Virus record (IMG/VR): IMGVR_UViG_3300031369_000003
Location: 1-55,132 of that record
Reading direction: 5' to 3' (one strand)
DNA length: 55,132 nucleotides
Source: a virus
Taxonomy: Duplodnaviria; Caudoviricetes
Both the position numbers and the translations under genes were made by a program. The notes beneath the pieces are model-generated. The model was not told the origin of the DNA. It ran no database searches and saw nothing but the letters and a program-made list of their open reading frames with translations. Below are positions 18,861 through 28,699 of the stretch, one piece after another (position 1 is the first letter of the stretch; each line of letters starts with the position of its first letter).

Positions 18861-19580
18861 CTACCGTCTGAAACTCATTGAATCTTCTGAATATACCCTC
18901 ACTCCGGGAATGTTAGTAGCGCCCTTTAACGCCGTAACCACGCCGCGAATTGACTGCTCGTTAACCATTAAATATTCACGTGGGATTAACTTATCGTTTA
19001 CAATTTCGAATTTCCAAATCTTTTTGGTTGACTCGCCTTTTTGTTTTTGAATCGGTTTAGCATAATAGGGAACCACAACCGGCGCAACGTCTTCCATTTT
19101 GGAAATAGTTTCTTCAGCCTTTTCAAACCGGTTTTGTTCCATTTGCTTTTCGGCTAACTTTGCCAATCGTTCCCGTTCTTTTCGGGCTTCTTCTTCGGCT
19201 TTTAATCGAGCAATCCGGGCTAATTCGTCGGCTTTACGTTGTTCTACTTGGTCAAAGGCTATAATGGCATCTTTGAGCTTTTTAACCATTGTTTCACAGG
19301 CGGTTGCAGGAGGCTTGTAAAGTTCCCTAATGCTGTCGGCGGCGGCTTCGATTGGTCTGGTTTGGTTCAACCGTTCCTCATCCAATGACTTTTTAATTTT
19401 GTTTAATTCAATTCCTAAGCTGGCCGCATTCGCCCTTTGCTCATTACCATCAATAGTTAGCACGCCGACTTCTAATTCGTGGGCGCCGGCTTGTTTAACA
19501 AGCTCTTGTGCTGCCGGTGATAAAGCTATTAAAAATTGTCTAATTTCAATTTTTGTTTCTTGGTTTGTGGTTTCATTCAT
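18861..19580 (-). CDS. Coiled-coil protein of the recombination module
   Basis: Long coiled coil with IPREYL...IPGVRVY C-terminus. Confidence 0.65.
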   Translation of the reverse strand: MNETTNQETKIEIRQFLIALSPAAQELVKQAGAHELEVGVLTIDGNEQRANAASLGIELNKIKKSLDEERLNQTRPIEAAADSIRELYKPPATACETMVKKLKDAIIAFDQVEQRKADELARIARLKAEEEARKERERLAKLAEKQMEQNRFEKAEETISKMEDVAPVVVPYYAKPIQKQKGESTKKIWKFEIVNDKLIPREYLMVNEQSIRGVVTALKGATNIPGVRVYSEDSMSFRR

Positions 19581-19581
19581 T

Positions 19582-20169
19582 TCATTTTCCTCCTAATTTC
19601 CATTTGTAAACGTTGAGTGCTGATAAAAAGATGTTAAAATCGTTGTCATTGTTAAGTCTATGTAATTTATAATTGCCATCGTCTTTCAGTTGCAAGGCAT
19701 AGCGTTTACATTTTAAATCTGTATATGCCCTGGCATATGCAGCGGTTTGCGGTCCAACCGACATGGGATCAAACACTCCGGTCTTGATGTCTAACAGTGC
19801 CTTTTTGCCATTTAAGATTCCAAACCGATCTAGCTTTCCGGCGTATTTGAGGGCGGGATCAAAAACCATCCTTTCCATATCGATGATCTCAAACCCCGAT
19901 TCAAATTTAAAACGTTGGTACGCTTCAAGATATGGAATAATCCGATCATCCAAGGAACCATAGTCAAGCTCGTTTTGATCATCCAATTCTGTTGCTAAAT
20001 GTACCATAGTTCCTAATTCGGCTTTCCATTGAAGGATAGTCGATGAAATAGCTGACAAGTCCGGCAAACCTACCGCCGAAAGGATCTGTGTCACGGAAGG
20101 CAGCGTTAACCCTTCAAAAGTATATTTATGATTTATTTCGTCGAAGCTAATTTCTGGCAATCCCGGCAC
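19582..20169 (-). CDS. PD-(D/E)XK exonuclease (recombination)
   Basis: PSVTQIL...GTMVH...YAGKLDR...LLDIKTG...QTAAY. Confidence 0.85.
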   Translation of the reverse strand: MPGLPEISFDEINHKYTFEGLTLPSVTQILSAVGLPDLSAISSTILQWKAELGTMVHLATELDDQNELDYGSLDDRIIPYLEAYQRFKFESGFEIIDMERMVFDPALKYAGKLDRFGILNGKKALLDIKTGVFDPMSVGPQTAAYARAYTDLKCKRYALQLKDDGNYKLHRLNNDNDFNIFLSALNVYKWKLGGK

Positions 20170-21002
20170 ATTACATCACCACCAAACTTTTTATTACACC
20201 ACTCAATTATTGCCGCTACTTCTGCTTCGCTTTTTGCCAAAGGTTTGCCACATTTAGGGCAAGGCATAATGGTTTCGTCATTCGGTTGTTCGGTTTGTGT
20301 TGTTTGCGTCTTGCGCTGCGGTTGCTTGACCGGTTCTTTTGTTGATGGTGTTACATTTTCAATATCTTCCTCATCGATAATGTCTTGTGTGAATATATCA
20401 CTCGCGGCGGTCGCCGAAAGAATCCCGTCGACATAAGCCCGTTTCTTCGCCATTTTTAGCACCGTGTTATAGGTATCTGCAATATCTTGATTTTCCATTT
20501 TCTCCCCAAATTCACAAATTTGCCAAACACCTTCAATTTTTGCGGCACCATATCCGGGCCCGCCCAGCAATTGTTGCGCCTCGGTTACTTGCCCTTCTTT
20601 TTTTAAATTCCAATATTCTTTCGGGACGGGTTCGCCAGTTGGTTTCTTTTCACCGCCGCGATAACGATATTTAGATTCCATCGTTGAGCACGATCCGATC
20701 CCAGTTGCAATTTCTAAACCGGATGAACTTAAAATGTGACAATATACCGTTATTTCCACATGACCGTCATGACCCGCCATCTTTTCAACTCTAATATCAC
20801 GATCATTGTCAATCACAGGGCGCAAATGGAAGGTCAAGGACAGCTTTTCCGCTCCTGGCTTAAGTAACACTTTCTTGTCGCCACATCCAGGTATTTTTCC
20901 ATAATGTGTTCCGTCTTTCATTACTTTTTTCATGACTTCCTGAATGAGATTAACCTGCATTTGAATCTCATTTGCACTAGAAAACGTCTGTAATTCGTTC
21001 AT
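20133..21002 (-). CDS. Putative single-strand annealing protein
   Basis: LLKPGAEKL...GIGSCST...NTVLKMAKKRA motifs, next to exonuclease, C-terminal Zn ribbon. Confidence 0.65.
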   Translation of the reverse strand: MNELQTFSSANEIQMQVNLIQEVMKKVMKDGTHYGKIPGCGDKKVLLKPGAEKLSLTFHLRPVIDNDRDIRVEKMAGHDGHVEITVYCHILSSSGLEIATGIGSCSTMESKYRYRGGEKKPTGEPVPKEYWNLKKEGQVTEAQQLLGGPGYGAAKIEGVWQICEFGEKMENQDIADTYNTVLKMAKKRAYVDGILSATAASDIFTQDIIDEEDIENVTPSTKEPVKQPQRKTQTTQTEQPNDETIMPCPKCGKPLAKSEAEVAAIIEWCNKKFGGDVMCRDCQKLASTK

Positions 21003-21512
21003 TTATCTTCTCTCCTATCAATTTTTCTCGCCATTTCTTCCGGGTAATTATCTATCCGTTGTTTCTGTTTCGAATCGTTCTTTCACAAGCCCAAAATATT
21101 TCATGACCTCTTCTTCTCCAACATCATCCAAAAGGCGTTCTAGCTCAACGTCGTTCAGCCGATATTCGGTTTTTCCGTTGTTCCAATAGGTAGATTCACA
21201 ACTCCCGGCTATTACTTGTAAATTCAACCTTTGACCCCTCCTGACATATAAAATCGATATTCTTTCATAAAATAGTTCACGTTAATTTTTGATGCATTTG
21301 AGGCATAAAGCGAAATCTTTGATAGAAAATCCCGCATTATCTCGCATTGACTCGGTGTTAATGCCTCGGTCATCGGGCATCCCGTAGGTTTCATCGTTAT
21401 TCCTCCTCGTTTTGTAATTGGTCAAGATATTTCGCAAAAGTTCAGTCGTTCCAGCTTCACGAATCATTGCTAAAACCTCACTTATCGTTTATAATTTGAT
21501 TGATGATTTTTC

Positions 21513-22037
21513 TTAATCTTCCCAACTCGCTACAGTTGGGAATTTTTCATCTGGAAGCATAACGGGCATTACAACAGCTATCATTTTGCCTTGAGCTTTA
21601 ACTACCACCGGTTTGTTCCATCCCGAACCATAAAATTTGTAATAAGCGCTGCCGATAAGGTTTATATAAACTTCGCTGATAGATACCGGTTTTTTATCTT
21701 CGGTCAAAAACATTAAGTTGTTTTTTCCGTCATAAAATGTGCTGTTCCAACGCGAATAAATTAATTCGGTATTTGCCCCTTTGGTAAATTCATCCACCTT
21801 GGCAATCATATTAGGCGCGTTTTCCTGTTCCGTTCCATCGAGGTAATGATAATTTTTTCTACGCGCCGGTAGTTTAGGCCACATTACACGGCTTTCAAAA
21901 ACAGGGCTACTAGGTTCCAAGATTAGTAAGCAACTACTATCAGAAATTGCTATTTTGCCATCTTGCAATCCGCCGATAAAAACATGGCCGTATTTTAAAG
22001 CCTTGGCAAAATACTTTTTAATTGCCGGTTCGTTCAT
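21513..22037 (-). CDS. Hypothetical protein, possibly sliding-clamp-like fold
   Basis: C-terminal KPVVV...AVVMPV resembles the end of the beta clamp. Confidence 0.4.
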   Translation of the reverse strand: MNEPAIKKYFAKALKYGHVFIGGLQDGKIAISDSSCLLILEPSSPVFESRVMWPKLPARRKNYHYLDGTEQENAPNMIAKVDEFTKGANTELIYSRWNSTFYDGKNNLMFLTEDKKPVSISEVYINLIGSAYYKFYGSGWNKPVVVKAQGKMIAVVMPVMLPDEKFPTVASWED

Positions 22038-22065
22038 AATTTTCCCCTTTCTGCTCTGAAAAGCA

Positions 22066-24059
22066 TTATTCTTCGATTTCGATCACATCGGTATACGACC
22101 TGACAATAAGACCTTTCAAAGCCCATTTATTGGCAATTTCAGGATCTGATGTAATACCGACTGGGAAAGTTAATTTGGGCTGGAAACAGCTCCAAAACTC
22201 AATCTTTTTCTTAACCATCCGTTTCGGAGGTTCGGGAATTTCGAATTCTGGCATTGACCAATATAGATCTGGATACTCTCCAAAGGCATAATTATTTTTA
22301 ACCCTAAACCCATATCTGTTATAAGGAACCATATTGCCATCTTTGAATCTACAAATCAAGTAAGTTGTTTTATCTTCGTTCCCATCTACCGCCAAACCAC
22401 ATTCAGCTATCGCCCCGCTACCAAATCGAAAACTAAAAACTCGATCCCCTTTTCTTGATTTCGACAGGTCATTCTTTGAAAAATTCATTATTCTGCCTCC
22501 TTGTTTAAATCATCAATCATTTCTAAAACTTCATTCAATACTAAAAGGCAGATAAACCCATAAGATTGATACAAGTCGGGGCCTTCTAATCGTTCTATTT
22601 TAGCCTTTATTTGTTCTTTGAGCTGTTGCAATTCATTCATCATTCTGCCTACTCCACCTCAAATTTGACTTCGTTCGGAAAACATTCTAATTTAATCCAT
22701 TCCGGGTCAGTGCCGGACTTGGGATGTTGGGAAAACGCTGGGCACCAAGGGCCACAGGGAGTGCCAACGCCGTTTTTAATGTTTTTAGGGCATAACAGGC
22801 GGTGGCTGTTTCTTGTTAAATATGTGATCCCGTTGTCGTTTTCGTCGATTTTTACTTTCATCCCCCCACCCCCATCCGAATTAATAACCCGGTCAGATGT
22901 ATTACCCCATGCATCATTAACACCCCGGCAACTAGCATCAACAATGCCTCGATTCCTTCCCGATCAGTAATCATAGCCACCGCCTCCGACCTGGAATGTA
23001 ACCTATAACCAATCCAAAAATGCGACATGACATTTGATAAACCGGGCCGGAAAATGTACGTCTTGCTTGAGCTATAAAGGTGATCATTTACACAGCCTCC
23101 TTAGTAAGCCATTGGGCGAAATCTCGAATGAATTCAAATTCATAAACTTCACCATACAATTTAGCCGACATTAGCGCTTCTTCGAGCGTATAGTGTTCTC
23201 CATTTCGGTTATAATGCGAGTCACTCAAAGAGCACCAAATAAACGGATCACTCAATTCATTGCCCTGATGAAGTTTAAAAAGATTACCGTTATATTCTTT
23301 GAGCACATAAATACGGGATAGACTACACTCCCCAACTCTTACCTCATCTGTTCTGTCATCAAACATAACTCGTTTCATTATATAGCCTCCCTATTCTCCC
23401 GGTACCATTGCCGGATTTTATTGTTCTCCGCCCGTTTCTCCCTGCGTTCCTGGAGCTGTAAGCTTGTCCATGGATCGCGCTTGCGGAGACGGCGTTTGCG
23501 GGATTTTGAGCGCATGGATAACACTCCTTACAAATTTAATAGTTAAGCAAAATATCTTTATTTAAATCCTGCTGGATAAACTTAATAAGCATTTGTGATG
23601 TCATTTGGTTCAAGCAAATCAGCGTATCACTATCGCCATCCTTAAGCCTAATAACTATGCAATTATCGCTGTTGTAGCTAATTTGAGGGCGACCGTCGAA
23701 TTGACGTTTGGTTTGAGTAGCAGGGGTTCTTTGAATAACTTGAATCATTGGGGCGCCTCCTCATCTGGGGTATAAGTGCAATATATTTTAATTTCATTCG
23801 GGAACGGTCTTAGTGTAGTTTCAAGCCAGTCAGTGGTTTCTCCGTCATCACCCTTGAAAAATTGGTGAACGATGCGGCTGTCAACTGTTTCCATGAGTTG
23901 TTTGGCTTGTGTTTCTGTACAAAAGTGCTGATGGATATCGATTGAAAAATCTTTAAATCCGATTTTTTCAAGGGTTTGGGTAAGTTCTTGAAACTTTGTG
24001 TTTAGCTCTGAGTTCATAATTTTCCCCTCGCTTTCCAAATTTCCGCAAACAATTAACAA
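22066..24059 (-). other. Early hypothetical genes (22066-22488, 22649-22861, 23088-23378, 23536-23748, 23745-24059)
   Basis: Co-oriented ORFs with RBSs. Confidence 0.55.
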
Positions 24060-24158
24060 ACTTGCGTTAATTTTGCAATGGCCTCACAATTTAACCGGAT
24101 CTGCTCGACATTTTTAATTTCGCGTTTTGATTCTTGCTTATTCCAACCTGCTAAAAGT

Positions 24159-24425
24159 TCAATTTGCTCGATTACTATTTTCTGGATGTACATTTGCTCT
24201 TTGGTTACCATTGTTTTCACCTCCCCTTATTCCGAATAATTCACAGAGACGGGATTTAATGATTTTATAAGGTATCCCCTCCCTGTAATAATGATATCCC
24301 TCTCTAATTTCGCCCATCGGAGTTTGCCCGGTATGAATCCATCTAGTAAAAGTAATCCTCCCTATTTTGACTAATTTTGCTGCTTGGGTAATTGAAATGA
24401 TTTCGGGAAAGTCATCGTAATTCAT
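24159..24425 (-). CDS. Excisionase-like HTH protein
   Basis: FPEIISITQAAKLVKIGRITFTRWI. Confidence 0.7.
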   Translation of the reverse strand: MNYDDFPEIISITQAAKLVKIGRITFTRWIHTGQTPMGEIREGYHYYREGIPYKIIKSRLCELFGIRGGENNGNQRANVHPENSNRAN

Positions 24426-24436
24426 GAGAAACCTCC

Positions 24437-25180
24437 TTAAGCCACATACTTAACTAACATTTCTTTGATGATTGAGGTGTAAATTTCTTTAAGCTTTGGA
24501 TCTGCCTCGATTACATCTAGCTTACAAAGATTATCAATTTTGCCCTTTGTTGCCCCGGCCAACTCGTAGCGCCGTCGAAGGTTAGAAAGTCTAACCGATA
24601 GATCACAATGTGCCCGAGCTTCCAAAATTTCATAGCTTGTCCGACCTGCAATTTGATAAATGTTTTCCTTAACCGTGGTTTTCATGGTTTGAGCTACTTT
24701 CCGCAGGTTTTCGCTTGCCCACTTACGCCAATTATCATCCCGGCCAATGATGGTTTCTTTGATGGTTGTTAAGGTTGATTCGGTTTGTTCGACCCTCGAT
24801 TCGATTTGTTGTTGCCTTAACTCGATACTAATTAAGGCTTGTAATTGAGGGCTTAGAGTTTGAATGACTGGTTGTTTGATTTCCTGTTCCATCTTATTAA
24901 AGGCTTTTATGTAGTCCTCTTTGAATTGTGCCGCCTTTGACCCAGTAAAACCCATTGCTAAAAAAGTAAAGCCGTCGCGGGTTAGTTCAAACATAGGAAG
25001 AGTTCTACCGGTTGAGTCGGTATATTCACTGGGCCGAAAATTCGTCTGAGTGAATTCCTCACTGCATTCAAGATTTCTAACTGCTTCAATAATATGTTTG
25101 TGAAGTTTTTCAAACACTTCTGCCACTTTTAGTGAAGTGGTGATCACTTTTCCGCTTTGAACCGTTACTAAATCGTCCAT
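24437..25180 (-). CDS. Rha-family phage regulatory protein / antirepressor
   Basis: TTSLKVAEVFEKLHKHI...LTRDGFTFLAMGFTGSKAAQFKEDYIKAFNKME. Confidence 0.9.
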   Translation of the reverse strand: MDDLVTVQSGKVITTSLKVAEVFEKLHKHIIEAVRNLECSEEFTQTNFRPSEYTDSTGRTLPMFELTRDGFTFLAMGFTGSKAAQFKEDYIKAFNKMEQEIKQPVIQTLSPQLQALISIELRQQQIESRVEQTESTLTTIKETIIGRDDNWRKWASENLRKVAQTMKTTVKENIYQIAGRTSYEILEARAHCDLSVRLSNLRRRYELAGATKGKIDNLCKLDVIEADPKLKEIYTSIIKEMLVKYVA

Positions 25181-25218
25181 TTTATCGACCTCCTGTCAAC
25201 TTGATTTTAAATCAACAT

Positions 25219-25407
25219 TCAAGGTAAAAAAATAGTGTTGGGAGTTTTCTTTAATGCTTTACAAATTTCAAGCGCCGTTTCGAGTCTTAACCCGCGATCA
25301 CCTTTTTCGACTTTCCTAATATAATCAGGAGATAAGCCCACCACCTGCGCCAAGTCATTTATGCTCATTCGTGATTGTTCTCGGTAGTACTTAATTCTGT
25401 TTGTCAT
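25219..25407 (-). CDS. Cro-like XRE HTH regulator
   Basis: XRE HTH, divergent from cI. Confidence 0.85.
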   Translation of the reverse strand: MTNRIKYYREQSRMSINDLAQVVGLSPDYIRKVEKGDRGLRLETALEICKALKKTPNTIFLP

Positions 25408-25594
25408 TTAATACCACCTCCTGCCTGTATTTTATTTTTGACTACATGAATAATATATCACATACCGGACGTCTAATCAAGCGATTTACAATAATATATG
25501 ACGTTTCGTCACATATTATTTTAAAATACTTGATAGATTATCATTTACAAATACTCCAAGTCTTGATATAATCATACCGGAAGAAGGTGATGTA

Positions 25595-25960
25595 TTGAAA
25601 AGCGAATTTTGTAAAAGATTGAAAAAACTAAGAAAGGAAAAAGAGTTAACACAAAATGATATTTCGAATTTTCTTGGGCTCGCTTCTTATACAACGATTT
25701 CGAAATGGGAAAAGGGAGTCAATGATCCGCCGATTGAATTATGTGTGAAGCTGGCTGAATTTTTTAAAGTTTCTTTAAATTATTTAGTTGGTGAATCCAA
25801 TCAGCGGCAAGAAGATTCCGAGCTAGAAAAAGTTCCGGTTACGGTTTTTACCCAATCCGACGTAACCCTGATCCAGCGATTTCATACCATGTCATCAATC
25901 GGTCAAAAAATGATTCTTGACATGATGGACAGTATAGAAAAAATGGAGAAGCGGAACTGA
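25595..25960 (+). CDS. CI-like XRE repressor (no S24 peptidase domain)
   Basis: RLKKLRKEKELTQNDIS...ISKWEKG...LAEFFKVSLNYLVG. Confidence 0.88.
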   Translation: MKSEFCKRLKKLRKEKELTQNDISNFLGLASYTTISKWEKGVNDPPIELCVKLAEFFKVSLNYLVGESNQRQEDSELEKVPVTVFTQSDVTLIQRFHTMSSIGQKMILDMMDSIEKMEKRN

Positions 25961-26052
25961 CAACAACAAGATGGTGAAAGCCATCTTTTTACATATAATA
26001 AATTTAAGAAAGGGAGCGAAGATAGTATGAATCTAAAACCGGATTTGTTCGC

Positions 26053-26181
26053 ATGAATTTTTGGATAATTTTAATAGCGGGATTTATTATTGGTGTCTTT
26101 ACTGTGTTTTTCGTTTTGGGAATATGTTCTATTGTGATAGAACATCGCAGCAGAAAAAGAAGCAAATTAAATAGAAGGTGA
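26053..26181 (+). CDS. 42-aa single-TM membrane peptide in the lysogeny operon
   Basis: MNFWIILIAGFIIGVFTVFFVLGICSIVIEHRSRKRSK; weak RBS. Confidence 0.4.
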   Translation: MNFWIILIAGFIIGVFTVFFVLGICSIVIEHRSRKRSKLNRR

Positions 26182-26185
26182 TTTT

Positions 26186-27343
26186 GTGAAAGGTTATAAA
26201 CAAAAACGAGGAAAAAATTCGTATAGGCTCGCCGTCTACGTTGGGCTTAAGCCGGATGGAACAAGCGATTACATCAAAGAAACGATTCACGGTAGCAATA
26301 AAGAGGCAGACAAACGGCTTGCAGCAATGGCAACCGAAAACGACAGGGGCGAATATACTGCGCCCACGAAACAGACATTTGGTGAATATCTGCTCACGTG
26401 GCTAGAATATATCAAAGGGCAAGTATCTGAAGGGACATACGAAAACTACTATGGATATTATAAAAACCATATCAAGAATGACTTAATTAGCCGAGTAAAT
26501 ATTGCCAAATTAACCGCTTTTGATTTACAAAAATTTGTTAGTAAGCTTGCCAAAAGCAAGACATTAGTCAAATATAGACCAAACAATATAATATCGCCAA
26601 AAACTGTCAAAGAAATTTTATGCATGATTAAAACGGCGCTCAAGCAAGCTTGTATATGGCAAATAATCAAAGATAACCCGTCACAATATGTCACGCCTCC
26701 AAAATCAGTCAAATACCATGCTAAAGTTTTTGACGATGAAGAAATCGTTAAATTTTTAGAAGCGGCTGAAAATGATAGGTTTTATTTTTTATTTTTGATA
26801 GCCATTTATTTAGGGCTTAGGAAAGGGGAAATTCGGGGCTTACGTTGGCAGGATATAGACACAAGCAAATGTAAATTAACGGTCGCGCAATCGGTAAGAC
26901 GGGGCGGCTATGAATCTCGATACAAAGACCCTAAGACTGAAAACAGTAATAGCACTCTGCCATTTGAAGAATGGATGGTACCATTATTTTTAAAACAAAA
27001 AGCGGCAGTTAATATAATGAAATTAAAATACGGGAGTCATTGGAACGATAACGATTTAGTTTTTCCATCTATAACGGGAAACCCAACCAACGTAAATGTA
27101 TTGACAAAACATTTTTGCGATATAATGGATAAGGCGGGGCTAGAACATATCAGATTCCATGATTTAAGGCATTCGTGCGCCACATTATTATTAACCGCTA
27201 ACGTCCACCCTAAAGTAGTACAGGAACGCCTCAGACACGCCACGATGGGAACAACGATGGATCTATACAGCCATGTTATTCCAAAAGTCCAAGAAGAAGC
27301 AAACCGGACTATGAGTAAAATATTAAATATAAAAAGTAAATAG
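26186..27343 (+). CDS. int: Tyrosine integrase
   Basis: GLRKGE (R), FHDLRHS (HxxR), RLRH...TMDLYSH (H, Y). Confidence 0.95.
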   Translation: MKGYKQKRGKNSYRLAVYVGLKPDGTSDYIKETIHGSNKEADKRLAAMATENDRGEYTAPTKQTFGEYLLTWLEYIKGQVSEGTYENYYGYYKNHIKNDLISRVNIAKLTAFDLQKFVSKLAKSKTLVKYRPNNIISPKTVKEILCMIKTALKQACIWQIIKDNPSQYVTPPKSVKYHAKVFDDEEIVKFLEAAENDRFYFLFLIAIYLGLRKGEIRGLRWQDIDTSKCKLTVAQSVRRGGYESRYKDPKTENSNSTLPFEEWMVPLFLKQKAAVNIMKLKYGSHWNDNDLVFPSITGNPTNVNVLTKHFCDIMDKAGLEHIRFHDLRHSCATLLLTANVHPKVVQERLRHATMGTTMDLYSHVIPKVQEEANRTMSKILNIKSK

Positions 27344-27382
27344 CAAAACAGAAAACCGCTTATAACAGCGGTTTTTTAGTTG

Positions 27383-27610
27383 CATGACCAATTTCATGAC
27401 CAATTTTGTTTTTTTTAAATATTTTTTGCTTGTCTAGCTGGTGTTATAAATGGTGCGGGTAACAGGAATCGAATATGAGACCGATATTATTTATATTGTT
27501 CTAGTCTGTTCTAAAATGTTTGTTATGCAGGGATTTATTAAAACAACTCTTTTATTTTGTTCCAAACAGTTCTAATTAATTCCGCTTTTTCATAACCAAC
27601 CCATGACCGG
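27383..27610. other. attP: core equals a tRNA 3' end (27451-27473), flanked by arm-type repeats
   Basis: Reverse complement TTCGATTCCTGTTACCCGCACCA; CATGACCAATTT x2 at 27383-27406; CATAACCA and CATGACCG near 27591-27609. Confidence 0.85.
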
Positions 27611-27837
27611 TTATTTTTTTGCTCTTCCTTATAAATTAAGTTTTCCTTCCGCACAGTCAAACCTTTTATTAGCAAGTGCATCAAATAGAGCGTTTTGTTT
27701 ATTAAGTTTATTTCGTATTTAAACATTACTTTCCTCCTTGTTTTTTAATAAACTGCCCGCAAAGATCCGCTCCAAAAACCGATCTGCAATTGTTAAATTC
27801 ACCTCCATCCTTTTTTGTTAATAATCACAAAATAAAC

Positions 27838-27928
27838 TTGACATAAATATATATATAAAGTAAAATAATGGAGCTCGTGTAATTTTTATATAAAGCCTTT
27901 CTAGCACTTTGGGGAAGGCTTCTTTTTT
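27838..27928 (+). ncRNA. Candidate sRNA A, about 55 nt, with own promoter and terminator
   Basis: TTGACA-N17-TAAAAT then aagcctttct...ggggaaggcttctttttt. Confidence 0.5.
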
Positions 27929-28309
27929 GATTTGTTAACAATCTCATTATACTACCATAACATTTTGTTAACAAGCGGGAATATTATTGTCAACTAGAGA
28001 AGGGTTTTAGGTTGGCATTAAAGAATTAAAGTGGAAAATAAAAAGAGCCGTCAGGCTCCTTACCGACCGTTTATTGATCTCCCCATTCGCAAGGGAAAAA
28101 ATATCGCTTGCAAATAGGGCAACGCTTTTGCTTGTTCCCGGCTTTAATTTGGGATTCCACAAAATCACTCCAACCATTGTAAGAAGGTTTTACAGGTCTG
28201 TGCCAAGAGCAGCAACCATCAATTTCGCCGTTGTATTCTACCCATTCACCATTTTTTAATTTTGCTTTGGTTCCGGTCGTCAGACTCATAAAGACGGGGC
28301 TTTCGTTAT

Positions 28310-28699
28310 TCATTTTTTTACCTCCAAACAAGCTAACAAAAAAGCTTTTGTTCGCTGCTCAGGAGTAGCATGGATACAATTCCAAAAGTCTAATTTTAAC
28401 CCTTCCATTTGGCAACAAATTGCATCAAGCTCGTCGCAATATTTTCCTTGAATTCCCATTTCCTTGACCTTTTCTTCGAGTAGGAGAGCATCCCGAATAT
28501 CTTCGGCAGGGTTCCACTTTTCAGCAATACCCTTATTGACTATTATTACATTGCCTTTATCATTTACAAAATAAGTTAAGCCAGACGCATTAACCGCCTC
28601 ATCAAGTTTCAAGCTTTCTAAATATTCAATTCCGACAAATGGCGCAGTCTGCCAATTCAACCACTCCGGCGATCCATTTGAAATTTCTCCTCTAGTCAT
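28310..28699 (-). CDS. Phage ABA-sandwich-like protein
   Basis: WNPAEDIRDALLLEEK...ATPEQRTKAFL pattern. Confidence 0.55.
   Translation of the reverse strand: MTRGEISNGSPEWLNWQTAPFVGIEYLESLKLDEAVNASGLTYFVNDKGNVIIVNKGIAEKWNPAEDIRDALLLEEKVKEMGIQGKYCDELDAICCQMEGLKLDFWNCIHATPEQRTKAFLLACLEVKK

Noticed and set aside
27451-27473. tRNA gene
   Set aside because: Only the 3' 23 nt are present; it is the att core
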